NCBI GenBank assembly: GCA_036012755.1
Contig: DASCPX010000014.1
Location: 32,001-96,000, forward strand
Direction of reading: 5' to 3'
Length of the DNA: 64,000 nucleotides
Source: Myxococcota bacterium
GTDB taxonomy: Bacteria > Myxococcota_A > UBA796 > CAJQPC01
The translations under genes were made by a program, and so were the position numbers. How positions within the stretch are numbered: the stretch's first letter is position 1; each line of letters opens with the position of its first letter. Under the pieces are notes generated by a model. The model saw only the letters and a program-made list of their open reading frames with translations. It ran no database searches and was not told the DNA's origin. Of the stretch, positions 55,759-64,000 are shown in pieces.

Positions 55759-56981
55759 CAGGCCCCCACCACCTTCACGACGAGTTCCGCGTGGGTCCCG
55801 GCGAGGGCCTCTGCGAGGGCCCTGGCGTCGACCTCGGACAGCGAAAGCGGCAAGGCGCCGCCTGTCTCGACGAAGGAAGCGTCCAGTCCGGTCCGGGTCG
55901 ACAGCACGAACTCGACGCCCCCTCGCCGCCGCGGGGGGACCCGAGAAGCGTCCAGGGAGACGGTGAACGCGCTCGGGGTCACCTCTGGCTCCGCTGCCAC
56001 GTACTGTTGCGCGCAGGCCTCATCGAGCAGGGCCATCAGGTCCTGCTCAGGCGCCTCCTCTGCAGCCTGCTGCCGGGCGGCGCGCAGTCCGAGCACCTTG
56101 GCCTCCGTGCGCCGCATCAGCCCGTCGAGGGAGGCGATCTCGAGCTCGTCCTCGACCGGGTAGTCGCCTCGATCGGGGGATGGCCGGACCGTGCGCGCCG
56201 AGAGTCCGTAGAACTTGCGCGCCATGCTGGCGACCTCGTCGGCGATCTGCCGGTTCATCACCCGGGGCACGCGCCGAGCTCCGGTGCCTCTCCAGCTCGC
56301 ACAGGTCTCGGCCAGCTCGTCGTCCTGCTCATCGAGCTTGCGAGCGACGTAGCTCCCGAGCGAGCGCAGGCTCTTGTCCTCTGCGCTGGTGTCGTCCAGC
56401 TGGACGGTGAAACCCCGGGGCACGTCGTCGCCGACGAAGCCCATCATCCACACCGCCACGCCGTCGATCTCGCCGAGCAGCTCCTCGAGCTTGCGGTCGG
56501 CCTCCTTCGTCCGCGCGCGGCCCTCACGACTCGCGGCCTCGGCGCTGTCGCGATGCTCGACGAGCGCGGAGGAGACCCCCGCGTACTCCGCCTTGGCGCT
56601 CTTCAGTTCGGCCCCGAGCTCCCCCAGCCGGACCTTGGAGGCACCCTGCCGGTCGAAGCGGTCGAGTCGGGCTTGCTTGTCGCGGTTCTCGGCCCGCATC
56701 CGGGCGAGCTGTTGTCGACCCTCGGCCAGGCAGTCCCGGGCGTTCTTCAGGATCCTCCGGCTGTCGTGCATCAGGCCCTGGTCGACGCTCACCGACTGCG
56801 TGGGCGCGGGGGCCGGCGCGGAGAGCCACTCCCTGCGCTCGTTGTCCTTCGCGCGCCGCTGGTCGTCCCGCTCCTCCTCCATCACGACCTTCTTGCAGCC
56901 CCAGGAGCAGTAGGGAGCGTGCCAGGCGGGCGGATCGAACCTGGCCTTGCAGAAGGGACAGGTGCGCGTGAACAGGCTCAT
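55758..56981 (-). CDS. Paralogous Zn-finger + coiled-coil + L7/L12-CTD-like protein
   Basis: TCPFC...YCSWGC; two FTVxLD-initiated small domains; TGATG coupling. Confidence 0.75.
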   Translation of the reverse strand: MSLFTRTCPFCKARFDPPAWHAPYCSWGCKKVVMEEERDDQRRAKDNERREWLSAPAPAPTQSVSVDQGLMHDSRRILKNARDCLAEGRQQLARMRAENRDKQARLDRFDRQGASKVRLGELGAELKSAKAEYAGVSSALVEHRDSAEAASREGRARTKEADRKLEELLGEIDGVAVWMMGFVGDDVPRGFTVQLDDTSAEDKSLRSLGSYVARKLDEQDDELAETCASWRGTGARRVPRVMNRQIADEVASMARKFYGLSARTVRPSPDRGDYPVEDELEIASLDGLMRRTEAKVLGLRAARQQAAEEAPEQDLMALLDEACAQQYVAAEPEVTPSAFTVSLDASRVPPRRRGGVEFVLSTRTGLDASFVETGGALPLSLSEVDARALAEALAGTHAELVVKVVGA

Positions 56982-57523
56982 CAGCTCCCCTCGAAGGTCC
57001 AGTCCCAGACCGCGAGATCCGAGACGACGAGCTCAAGCGTCTGCAGCTCGAACAGGCACTGGTTGGTCTCGAGCATCACGTCCATCACCGAACCCAGGTG
57101 CTTCTTGTTCAGCAGGCACTGGAGGGTGCGACCACCGTCGACGAGCTCGAAGGGGATGCTCTCCTGCATGCCCGTGATCTGCTTGGTCCACGAGCCCTTG
57201 AAGGTGCGACCGTCGACGATGACGAGCTCCTCGCTGACCAGCGTGCGCTTGCGGTGCACGTACTGCAGACAATGCACCTCGTGGTCCAGCCGGAACCGGA
57301 GCTGGACGTCGATGCCCATGTACTTCCCGCCCATGAGCATGAAGGGCTGCTGGTTGAATGCATCGATCGTGGCGGAGCGGGGCTCGAGCTCGGACGTCGC
57401 CGCTGGGCCGGTCATCTGCGCCCGCAGCTCGTCGGTGGCCTCGATGACGTCCTCGACCCGCACGACACCGACGCCGACGCTCATCTGGAAGTACTCGCCG
57501 TCGATCTCCGTGTAGGGGAACAT
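56981..57523 (-). CDS. Hypothetical 180-aa protein, possibly the C-terminal domain of the upstream gene
   Basis: GC3-rich ORF from ATG 57523; the frame is also continuous with the FGE-like C-terminal motif upstream. Confidence 0.65.
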   Translation of the reverse strand: MFPYTEIDGEYFQMSVGVGVVRVEDVIEATDELRAQMTGPAATSELEPRSATIDAFNQQPFMLMGGKYMGIDVQLRFRLDHEVHCLQYVHRKRTLVSEELVIVDGRTFKGSWTKQITGMQESIPFELVDGGRTLQCLLNKKHLGSVMDVMLETNQCLFELQTLELVVSDLAVWDWTFEGS

Positions 57524-58626
57524 CAAGGACAGCGGCACACCCGCCAGCGACCGGGCGAGGCGCAGCCCGAAGGCGCCACGCTCGTAGGGTCGCACCGCTC
57601 GGGGGGCCAGGTCCCGCCCCAGCACCAGGCGGTGGTAGTGACCGGCGACGACCGGGTCCCCTCTACGACGCCGCTCGGATCGGCCTCCAGGAAGGGGTAC
57701 ACGGCGCCGTCGTAGCAGAGCTCGGCGCTCGCGGCCAGGTCCGGACGGGCGTAGCGCTCGGCCGTGGTCGGCAACCGGTAGCCGTTGGCATAGACCCGCC
57801 AGGCGACCACGCTGCCAGGCGGACACTGGCCATAGGCGTCGAGATCCCTGGCCGCGCGGGCCTGCTCGAAGCGAGGGAGGAGCTCATAGGGCGGACTCAG
57901 CCCGTGGAGCTCGCTCAGGCGGTTGCAGAAGACCACCGCGTCGAGGAAGGAGAGGGACGTCATCCCCTGCCCCATCACCTCGCTCCAGAGCGCCGGCGAG
58001 ACCGGTGAGGCGCCCAGCTCGAAGGCTGCGCTGAGCGAGACCCGCATCGGAATCCGACGCCCGGTCTCCTCCTCGAACAGCTGTGAGAGGAGCGTGGTCG
58101 GCTCGACCCGCGTCATCTCCGGAGGCCCCGACGGCTCGGCCTGCGGGCTGTCGGCCGTGGACCCCTCGCGAGCGCGCTGGAAGATCTGCTTGGCCTCGTC
58201 AGCGGACAGGCCCAGCTCACGCCGCAGCCGGGACAGGCCCTGCTTGCCTTCGGCGCTCAAGGTGCCAGAGGACAGCTCGTGTCGCACGGCCTCCGTGTAG
58301 CGCTCCGCGGCCGAGGGTCCATCGTCCAGGAAGTCGTCCACCTCGTCGACGAGGAAGTCATCGACTTCCTCGCCCTGAAGCTCGGACGCGGCCCAGTCGA
58401 TCAGGGCCTCGAGCGCCCGAAGGCCGGCCGGCGCGTCTTCGTCTGCGAGAGCGTCGATGTCCTGGAGGGCTCGGGGTGACGCGCTCTCCCCGAGGCCGCT
58501 CCGGGCCTGGCGCGCCGCCTTGCGAACCTGCATGACGGCCACCTCGGGATCCTCGTCCGCGTAGCGCCGGGCCTTGGCCAGGATGGCGCGCAAGGCGTCG
58601 AGCTGATCGGTGGTGTAGACGCCCAT
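57523..58626 (-). CDS. Helical N-terminal domains + degenerate FGE-sulfatase (SUMF1/EgtB-like) domain, probable frameshift at 57658-57661
   Basis: FELGASPVS, LSFLDAVVFCNRLS, NGYRLPTTAE, ELCYD; the family's terminal G.RLAR motif (GLRLARS) is in the -1 frame. Confidence 0.65.
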   Translation of the reverse strand: MGVYTTDQLDALRAILAKARRYADEDPEVAVMQVRKAARQARSGLGESASPRALQDIDALADEDAPAGLRALEALIDWAASELQGEEVDDFLVDEVDDFLDDGPSAAERYTEAVRHELSSGTLSAEGKQGLSRLRRELGLSADEAKQIFQRAREGSTADSPQAEPSGPPEMTRVEPTTLLSQLFEEETGRRIPMRVSLSAAFELGASPVSPALWSEVMGQGMTSLSFLDAVVFCNRLSELHGLSPPYELLPRFEQARAARDLDAYGQCPPGSVVAWRVYANGYRLPTTAERYARPDLAASAELCYDGAVYPFLEADPSGVVEGTRSSPVTTTAWCWGGTWPPERCDPTSVAPSGCASPGRWRVCRCP

Positions 58627-58635
58627 CGCGCGATG

Positions 58636-59718
58636 CTACTTCGTGGCCGACCCCTGGCGAAGCGTGGCAGCAACGACCTCGTCGGTCGTGCGGTACCAGT
58701 TGATGCCGCCGCAGCTCGCGCAGAGACCCTCGAAGCGCCCCTCGATGTGGTCGAGGCGACGCTTCAGGGCCGTGGGGCCTTCCCAGAGCTCGCGGAAGGA
58801 GTGATCCGCCAACGAGCCGAGGTCGAGCTCCCCGCCCAGGTCCACGCAGCACATCATCAGGTGGCCGTCGTGGCGGATCACCGGCGTCATCCAGAGACCC
58901 GGGCAGGGCTGACGGGCGCCGGCGCTCGCTGTGCTCTCCCACGGGCGGCGCTCCCAGAGCTTGACCTCGACGTGACCGCGATCCTCGCCCTTGATCCCCT
59001 GCTCCTTGCAGGTGCGCTCGTAGAGCTCGTCGGCCTCGAGCTGACCGGGTCCCCCTGCGCCGACCGACAGCCGCTTGATCATGATGTCGGTGTGGCCTCG
59101 GGCCGCCCCCTGGCAGGACAGGAAGTCGCTCCAGTACTCGACGAAGGGCCGTGCCTCGTGCTCGTTTCCGGGCTGGAGGACGAACTGGAGCTCCACGTTC
59201 AGGTTCACCTCGCCGTCCAGACGCGCTCGCCGGCGCAGCAGGTGCCGCACGTGCCTCTGGACTCGGGACAGGGCGTCCTGCCCCTTCACGCGCAGGTAGG
59301 TCTCGGCGCTCACGGCGTCGATGGTGAACACCAGGAGCAGCGGCACCTCCGGGCGTCTTCTGTAGACCTCGACGAGCCGGTCCATCCGGGCTGGGGTCAG
59401 CGTGATCGCGTTGGTGTCGATACGCAGGTAGCCCACCCGGTCGCCGAGCCTCAGCTGGAGGTGGCCGACCATTGACTCGAGCTCCGGATGCAGGCTGGGA
59501 TCTCCGAGCCACTGGAGGATCACGTGGTCGAAGCGGCAGTCCTCGTCGGCGAGCCCGTCCACGATGCGCTCGAACAGGCCGATCTCCATGCGCCCCTTGG
59601 GTCGCTGGTGGATCTGCTCCCAGCCCTCGTGGTGGGGTGCGCACATCGAGCACGACAGGTTGCAGAGGTCCGTCGGCTCGATCTGCAGCACGCCGAAGTG
59701 GTCGAGGGACACGTCCAT
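58636..59718 (-). CDS. Radical SAM/SPASM domain protein
   Basis: IEPTDLCNLSCSMC, WLGDPSLHP, DTNA, PCPGLW...DGHLMMCCVD...CASC. Confidence 0.9.
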   Translation of the reverse strand: MDVSLDHFGVLQIEPTDLCNLSCSMCAPHHEGWEQIHQRPKGRMEIGLFERIVDGLADEDCRFDHVILQWLGDPSLHPELESMVGHLQLRLGDRVGYLRIDTNAITLTPARMDRLVEVYRRRPEVPLLLVFTIDAVSAETYLRVKGQDALSRVQRHVRHLLRRRARLDGEVNLNVELQFVLQPGNEHEARPFVEYWSDFLSCQGAARGHTDIMIKRLSVGAGGPGQLEADELYERTCKEQGIKGEDRGHVEVKLWERRPWESTASAGARQPCPGLWMTPVIRHDGHLMMCCVDLGGELDLGSLADHSFRELWEGPTALKRRLDHIEGRFEGLCASCGGINWYRTTDEVVAATLRQGSATK

Positions 59719-59794
59719 GAGTGGTCAAACCCGCCTGGGCCGCGTTGCACGTGGCTGGGGCCCGTGCCAGATTAGCCCGTCTGTCGGAGACCCC

Positions 59795-60079
59795 ATGCGC
59801 CAGCTCGCCGTCGCGATCATCATCGTCTCGGGCCTCACGGCTTGCGGAAACGCCTGCCAGGACACCTGCAAGGAGCTCACGTCCTACGCAGAGGACTGCG
59901 GCTACGTCGTGAACGAAGAGGAGGTCGATAAGTGCATCGACGACTTCTCGAGGGCCAACACCACGGCCGAGGAGCGCGACCACTGCAAGGAGTTCGTCGA
60001 CAACGTCAGCGACGAGTGGAGCTGCCAGGAGGCTGCCCGCTACATGGGCGTGGAAGCGGGCGGCGGAGGCGGGGAGTAG
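59795..60079 (+). CDS. Small Cys-rich lipoprotein (94 aa)
   Basis: GGAG then MRQLAVAIIIVSGLTAC, a canonical lipobox; CQDTC plus further Cys. Confidence 0.75.
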   Translation: MRQLAVAIIIVSGLTACGNACQDTCKELTSYAEDCGYVVNEEEVDKCIDDFSRANTTAEERDHCKEFVDNVSDEWSCQEAARYMGVEAGGGGGE

Positions 60080-60119
60080 TGCTCGAAGCCCTCATCCGGT
60101 AGCATCTCGCGCGGAGAGC

Positions 60120-62024
60120 ATGGCCACCTCTTTCGAGCCAGAAGCCTTCGGCAAGTACTACCTGATCGATCGGATCGCGACCGGCGGGATGGCGGAGATC
60201 TTCAAGGCGAAGAGCTTCTCGACGGCGGGCTTCGAGAAGGTCCAGGTGATCAAGCGCATCCTGTCGCACCTCTCGGACAACGAAGAGTTCGTCACGATGT
60301 TCATCGACGAGGCCAAGATCTCGGTCTCGCTGCAGCACTCGAACCTCGTCCAGATCTACGACTTCGGCAAGATCCGCGACAACTACTTCATCGCGATGGA
60401 GTGGATCGACGGAAAGGACATCAAGCAGGCCCTCCGAAAGCTGGCCCATCGCCGAAAGCTCCTCCCAGAGGAGTTCGCGGTCTTCATCGCGCACGAGACC
60501 TGCAAGGGCCTCGACTACGCCCACAAGAAGACGGACCTGCGGGGCAACCCGCTCGCGATCATCCACCGCGACATGTCCCCCAGCAACGTGCTCGTGTCCT
60601 ACTCGGGCGAGGTCAAGATCGCCGACTTCGGCATCGCCAAGGCGGAGATGTCCCAGTACGACACGAAGGACGGCGTGCTGAAGGGCAAGTTCGAGTACAT
60701 GAGCCCCGAGCAGGCCCGCGGGGACACCGTCACCCAGCAGTCGGATCTGTTCAGCGCCGGGATCATCCTCTACGAGATGCTGACCGGGCGGCGGCTGTTC
60801 AAGACCGACAGCGAGATCAAGACGCTCGAGAAGATCAAGGCGGTGGACATCAAGCCCCCGTCCTCTGTGAACCCGAACGTGCCGCAGCGCCTCGACGACA
60901 TCGTCATGAAGGCGCTCACCGCCGATCTCGACAAGCGCTTCCGCGACGCCAGGGACTTCCAGCAGGAGCTGCTGGAGTACATGTACCCGTCGACCCCGCC
61001 GACGATCCAGCGCTCCATGGCGATGTTCATGGAGGAGCTCTTCTCAGAGGAGCGCGCCGACGAGACCGAGCGCATGGAGCACGGCTCGAACATCGCCCAG
61101 GAGCTCCACAGCCGCGCCCCGGAGCTGGATCTGGAGCCCGACTGGGAAGAGGGCACCGGGGGCTCGGGGACGGGGGGGACCATCCAGACCCAGCCCCCGT
61201 CGCGAGTCCCGCTCGCGGTGGCGATCACCGTGGTGCTGCTGTTGCTCGGCGTCGTGGGGTGGCTGGCAACCCGGACACCGGAGCCTGTCGTACCCAACGT
61301 GGTCGAGGTCGAGGTGCTGCCCACCGAGGGGGCGCTGAAGCTGCGCATCAACACCAGCGCCCTGGTCCTGGTCGGCGGGCAGGAGGCGGGCACAGGCAAC
61401 GAGGTCGCCGTCGAGCACCTCGAGCCTGGCTCGATCACGCTCCGCGTCGAGGCCGAGGGCTTCGAGCCCTTCGAGGAGCTCGTCGAGGTGGTGGCCGGCG
61501 AGCGCCTCGTGATGCCGATCAAGCTCACGAAGACCGAGACCGAGACCGAGACCACAGGTGGCACGCGTCCCCCCCCCGCGACCGCGACCTCGACCTCGAC
61601 CATCGTCTTCGAGTCCACCCCGGCGGGCGCCGATGTGTACGTGGACAACTCGCTGATCGGCAAGACACCGCTGGAATGGACCAAGGGCACGGGCGACCAC
61701 AAGGTCAGCTACCGCCTGGGCGGCTACGACACCGCCAGCTTCTCTGTCTCGGCCCCCTCCGAGGGCAGCGAGACGGTCGCCAGGACCCTGAAGAAGAAGG
61801 TGGCCGCCAAGGGCAAGCTCAACGTGAACATCGCCGGCGGCAAGGTCTGGGGCGAGATCTTCGTCGACGGCGACAAGGCGGGGCGGACACCGATGTTCAA
61901 CTACGAGCTCACCAGCGGCGACCACACGATCCGCGTGAAGAACGACACGATCGGCCTGGACAAGAGCCAGAGCGTGACGGTGGTGGCGAGCGAGACCACG
62001 AAGGTGATCTTCAGGGTGGATTGA
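60120..62024 (+). CDS. Transmembrane Ser/Thr protein kinase with PEGA-like domains
   Basis: GGMAEIF, VIKRIL, HRDMSPSN, DFGIAK, YMSPEQ; TM helix; ESTPAGADVYVD...GKTPL. Confidence 0.95.
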   Translation: MATSFEPEAFGKYYLIDRIATGGMAEIFKAKSFSTAGFEKVQVIKRILSHLSDNEEFVTMFIDEAKISVSLQHSNLVQIYDFGKIRDNYFIAMEWIDGKDIKQALRKLAHRRKLLPEEFAVFIAHETCKGLDYAHKKTDLRGNPLAIIHRDMSPSNVLVSYSGEVKIADFGIAKAEMSQYDTKDGVLKGKFEYMSPEQARGDTVTQQSDLFSAGIILYEMLTGRRLFKTDSEIKTLEKIKAVDIKPPSSVNPNVPQRLDDIVMKALTADLDKRFRDARDFQQELLEYMYPSTPPTIQRSMAMFMEELFSEERADETERMEHGSNIAQELHSRAPELDLEPDWEEGTGGSGTGGTIQTQPPSRVPLAVAITVVLLLLGVVGWLATRTPEPVVPNVVEVEVLPTEGALKLRINTSALVLVGGQEAGTGNEVAVEHLEPGSITLRVEAEGFEPFEELVEVVAGERLVMPIKLTKTETETETTGGTRPPPATATSTSTIVFESTPAGADVYVDNSLIGKTPLEWTKGTGDHKVSYRLGGYDTASFSVSAPSEGSETVARTLKKKVAAKGKLNVNIAGGKVWGEIFVDGDKAGRTPMFNYELTSGDHTIRVKNDTIGLDKSQSVTVVASETTKVIFRVD

Positions 62025-62033
62025 GCTTCACGC

Positions 62034-62735
62034 TCACTGGCCCCCGCCGACGACATCGATGTGAACACAGCGGCCTTGCTCGCGAGCTCTCTCGACGAGA
62101 GGTCCGAACTCCGCCGAATCAAAAGCCTGGACTCGCCCCGGCAGGGCACCCTCGCAGCGGAGCTTCCGGTTCTCGATGAGCTCGTCGAGCACGGCGCGGT
62201 AGTGCGTCTGCACCGCTACCAGGCACGGCTCCGGGTGGAGCGCCGATGTACAGAGCGATGAAGAGAGATCGAGCCTTGGCGCGAGCGCCCGGAGATAGAG
62301 GTCCGGCCAGTCACTGTCGGGCAGTTCAAAAGGGGTGAGTTCGTTGATGATCTCGTTCTCGAAGCGCCCCGGAAGTCCATCGGCCCCATCCAACCGCTCA
62401 ATGACCTCGAAGGCGAGGTGGTTACGGCAAGGAGGCGCGTAGTCTCCCGCGTCGGCGCACCACCGCGCTTCGCCGCTGCGCTCGGCGACGACAAAGAAGC
62501 ACTCCTCGCGGTGGAATCCCGTGAGCTCCCCGCACAGCGTCGCCGCCGCTTCCGAGTCACTCTGCGACACCGTGCCAACGACACTCCACACACACTCGGA
62601 CCGTCCCAAGTTCGCGCCGATCTGGAGGCAGGTCTCCACGGCGGCTGCAGGGTCCTTGCTGGCCTGTAGTAGCGCTATCTGATCGAGCTCAGCATCGGAT
62701 GGAGCCGACCAACAGGCACTCAGCAAGCCGATCAC
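62034..62735 (-). CDS. Putative Cys-containing lipoprotein
   Basis: GTGA overlap; MIGLLSAC; spaced Cys in helical repeats. Confidence 0.7.
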   Translation of the reverse strand: MIGLLSACWSAPSDAELDQIALLQASKDPAAAVETCLQIGANLGRSECVWSVVGTVSQSDSEAAATLCGELTGFHREECFFVVAERSGEARWCADAGDYAPPCRNHLAFEVIERLDGADGLPGRFENEIINELTPFELPDSDWPDLYLRALAPRLDLSSSLCTSALHPEPCLVAVQTHYRAVLDELIENRKLRCEGALPGRVQAFDSAEFGPLVERAREQGRCVHIDVVGGGQ

Positions 62736-64000
62736 AATCCCTCGCCAGACACCCGGTAGGCGCCTCCGATGAGCGAGCCCGTCCCCGGAGCGCCAATGAA
62801 CAGCGAGTCGACGATGTCCAAGTGGACAACGTCCTCGCCTCCACTGACGAGCGCTTCGCCAAGATGCTGCGCCTCGAACTCCCCGATCAAGGCCGCGCCA
62901 GCGTCATCTGGCCCTATTGCCCCGCTGACGGGACCATGGAAGAGGAACACCGCTCCGGACGATTCGAAGGCGGGCGCCCCGATGGCCAGATCGGTCTGCC
63001 GATCGAGGTCGACGTCAGCGGCAATGGAAGCGCTCGCTCCGAATCTATCTCCGCTCGAACCCGTCGCGCGGACGTTGGCGGTGCTGTCAGGAAGATCGCC
63101 CACATCGGGCCCGAAGAACACGCTGACTTGCACGTCGTCGACCGAGACCACGAGGTCGTCGTACCCGTCGCCGTTCAAGTCCCCTCCGCTCACGTCGTCC
63201 CCAAAGCCGATCTGGGAGAGCGCGAAGAACCGTCGATCAGCGTCGGACTTCGAGACCGTCTGGCCGTAGCTCACGTCTCGGAAAAGGTAGACGGCGTCTT
63301 CGGCGGGGGCGCCCACGGCGAGCGCGTCTACGCCATCGCCGTCCATGTCCAGCAAGGTCACCGACTGTCCGAACTCGTCGTCACCAGAACCCGTGACCTT
63401 GCGATCGGCGGCACCGGTATCGACCTCGCCTTCCAGAGACTCGGGGAACCGGTACACAGCGGAGCTTCCTGGTGCTCCGCTCCAGAACCCGCCAGAGAAG
63501 CCGCTGAGTGCCAGCGCGGTTCCGAAGTAGCCATGGGCGTCGAGCCCACACGCGGCCAGGACTCCGTCGTCAGGACCATAGGTCCCGGGGTCGATGGCGT
63601 CGAAGGCGTAGACGCACCCTTCGTTGGTTTCCCCAGCACCACGGGCTCCCACGATGGGCTCGACGTCGTCGTCACGATCCCGATCGGCACCGATCGCGAC
63701 CGCTGACCCGAAGTAGTCGTACTCCGAGGATCCCATGTAGACGGGTCCCTCACTCAGGTCGACATCCGCATTGTAGTAGCCCTCAATGCCAACGTAGACG
63801 CGGCCGGTGTTTGCATTCCAGCCAGGGGCGCCAACAAGCACACCAGCTTCGCCACCTTCGATGGGCACCCCGCCATCGAGGACGCTGCCGGCTGACTCGC
63901 CGGTGCCCGCAGCCAGAAAGAAACCGGCTTCCTCGACGCCAACGTCCCCGACCCAGCTGCATCCGTTGTCGCCACCATCGCAGTCGTTGTCGACGAAGTC
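62732..64000 (-). CDS. FG-GAP repeat protein with DNDCDG motif (5' partial)
   Basis: Frame is open from base 64000 (DFVDNDCDGG); repeats such as DMDGDGVDALAVGAP and GDLNGDGYDDL. Confidence 0.85.
   Translation of the reverse strand, partial: DFVDNDCDGGDNGCSWVGDVGVEEAGFFLAAGTGESAGSVLDGGVPIEGGEAGVLVGAPGWNANTGRVYVGIEGYYNADVDLSEGPVYMGSSEYDYFGSAVAIGADRDRDDDVEPIVGARGAGETNEGCVYAFDAIDPGTYGPDDGVLAACGLDAHGYFGTALALSGFSGGFWSGAPGSSAVYRFPESLEGEVDTGAADRKVTGSGDDEFGQSVTLLDMDGDGVDALAVGAPAEDAVYLFRDVSYGQTVSKSDADRRFFALSQIGFGDDVSGGDLNGDGYDDLVVSVDDVQVSVFFGPDVGDLPDSTANVRATGSSGDRFGASASIAADVDLDRQTDLAIGAPAFESSGAVFLFHGPVSGAIGPDDAGAALIGEFEAQHLGEALVSGGEDVVHLDIVDSLFIGAPGTGSLIGGAYRVSGEGL

Noticed and set aside
58636..60079. 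Cys-rich 94-aa ORF as a RiPP precursor for the divergent radical SAM/SPASM enzyme
   Set aside because: It has a canonical lipoprotein signal, so its Cys are probably disulfide-bonded; no RRE domain, peptidase or transporter is nearby.
1..64000. tRNA, rRNA, IS elements, integrases, prophage genes
   Set aside because: Intergenic gaps are short and no such motifs were recognised by eye; tRNAscan-SE or Infernal would be needed to exclude small RNAs.

Overview
Gene-dense, very GC-rich bacterial DNA with about 60 genes. It most likely comes from a Myxococcota-type organism, an inference from four MYXO-CTERM-like C-terminal anchors, DCDD/MopE-like and FG-GAP surface lipoproteins, a Ser/Thr kinase with PEGA-like domains, an FHA-GGDEF protein and DUF2330. 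Recognisable housekeeping genes are dapA, dapB and dusA. Surface-glycan genes are dispersed: RfbF/RfbG-like enzymes with a B12 radical SAM, an epimerase-cupin-GT-C-GT39-GT2 operon with SxtK/SxtJ-like ORFs, and a GT fused to a coiled coil. I saw no rRNA, tRNA, CRISPR array or transposase. The most interesting signals are: (1) a KAP-NTPase plus effector-less NACHT two-gene module; (2) a TGATG-coupled operon with paralogous Zn-finger/coiled-coil/L7-L12-CTD-like proteins behind a degenerate FGE-domain gene; (3) nine lipoprotein-like proteins with uncharged signal peptides and Cys at residue 8-9; (4) a recurrent TANNNT-N5-7-start motif suggesting leaderless mRNAs, including two divergent genes whose start codons share one CATG; (5) several apparent pseudoenzymes (kinase, cyclase, radical SAM). 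About six single-base frameshifts, mostly in short homopolymers, probably reflect assembly error. All family assignments come from motifs read by eye; no database searches were run.
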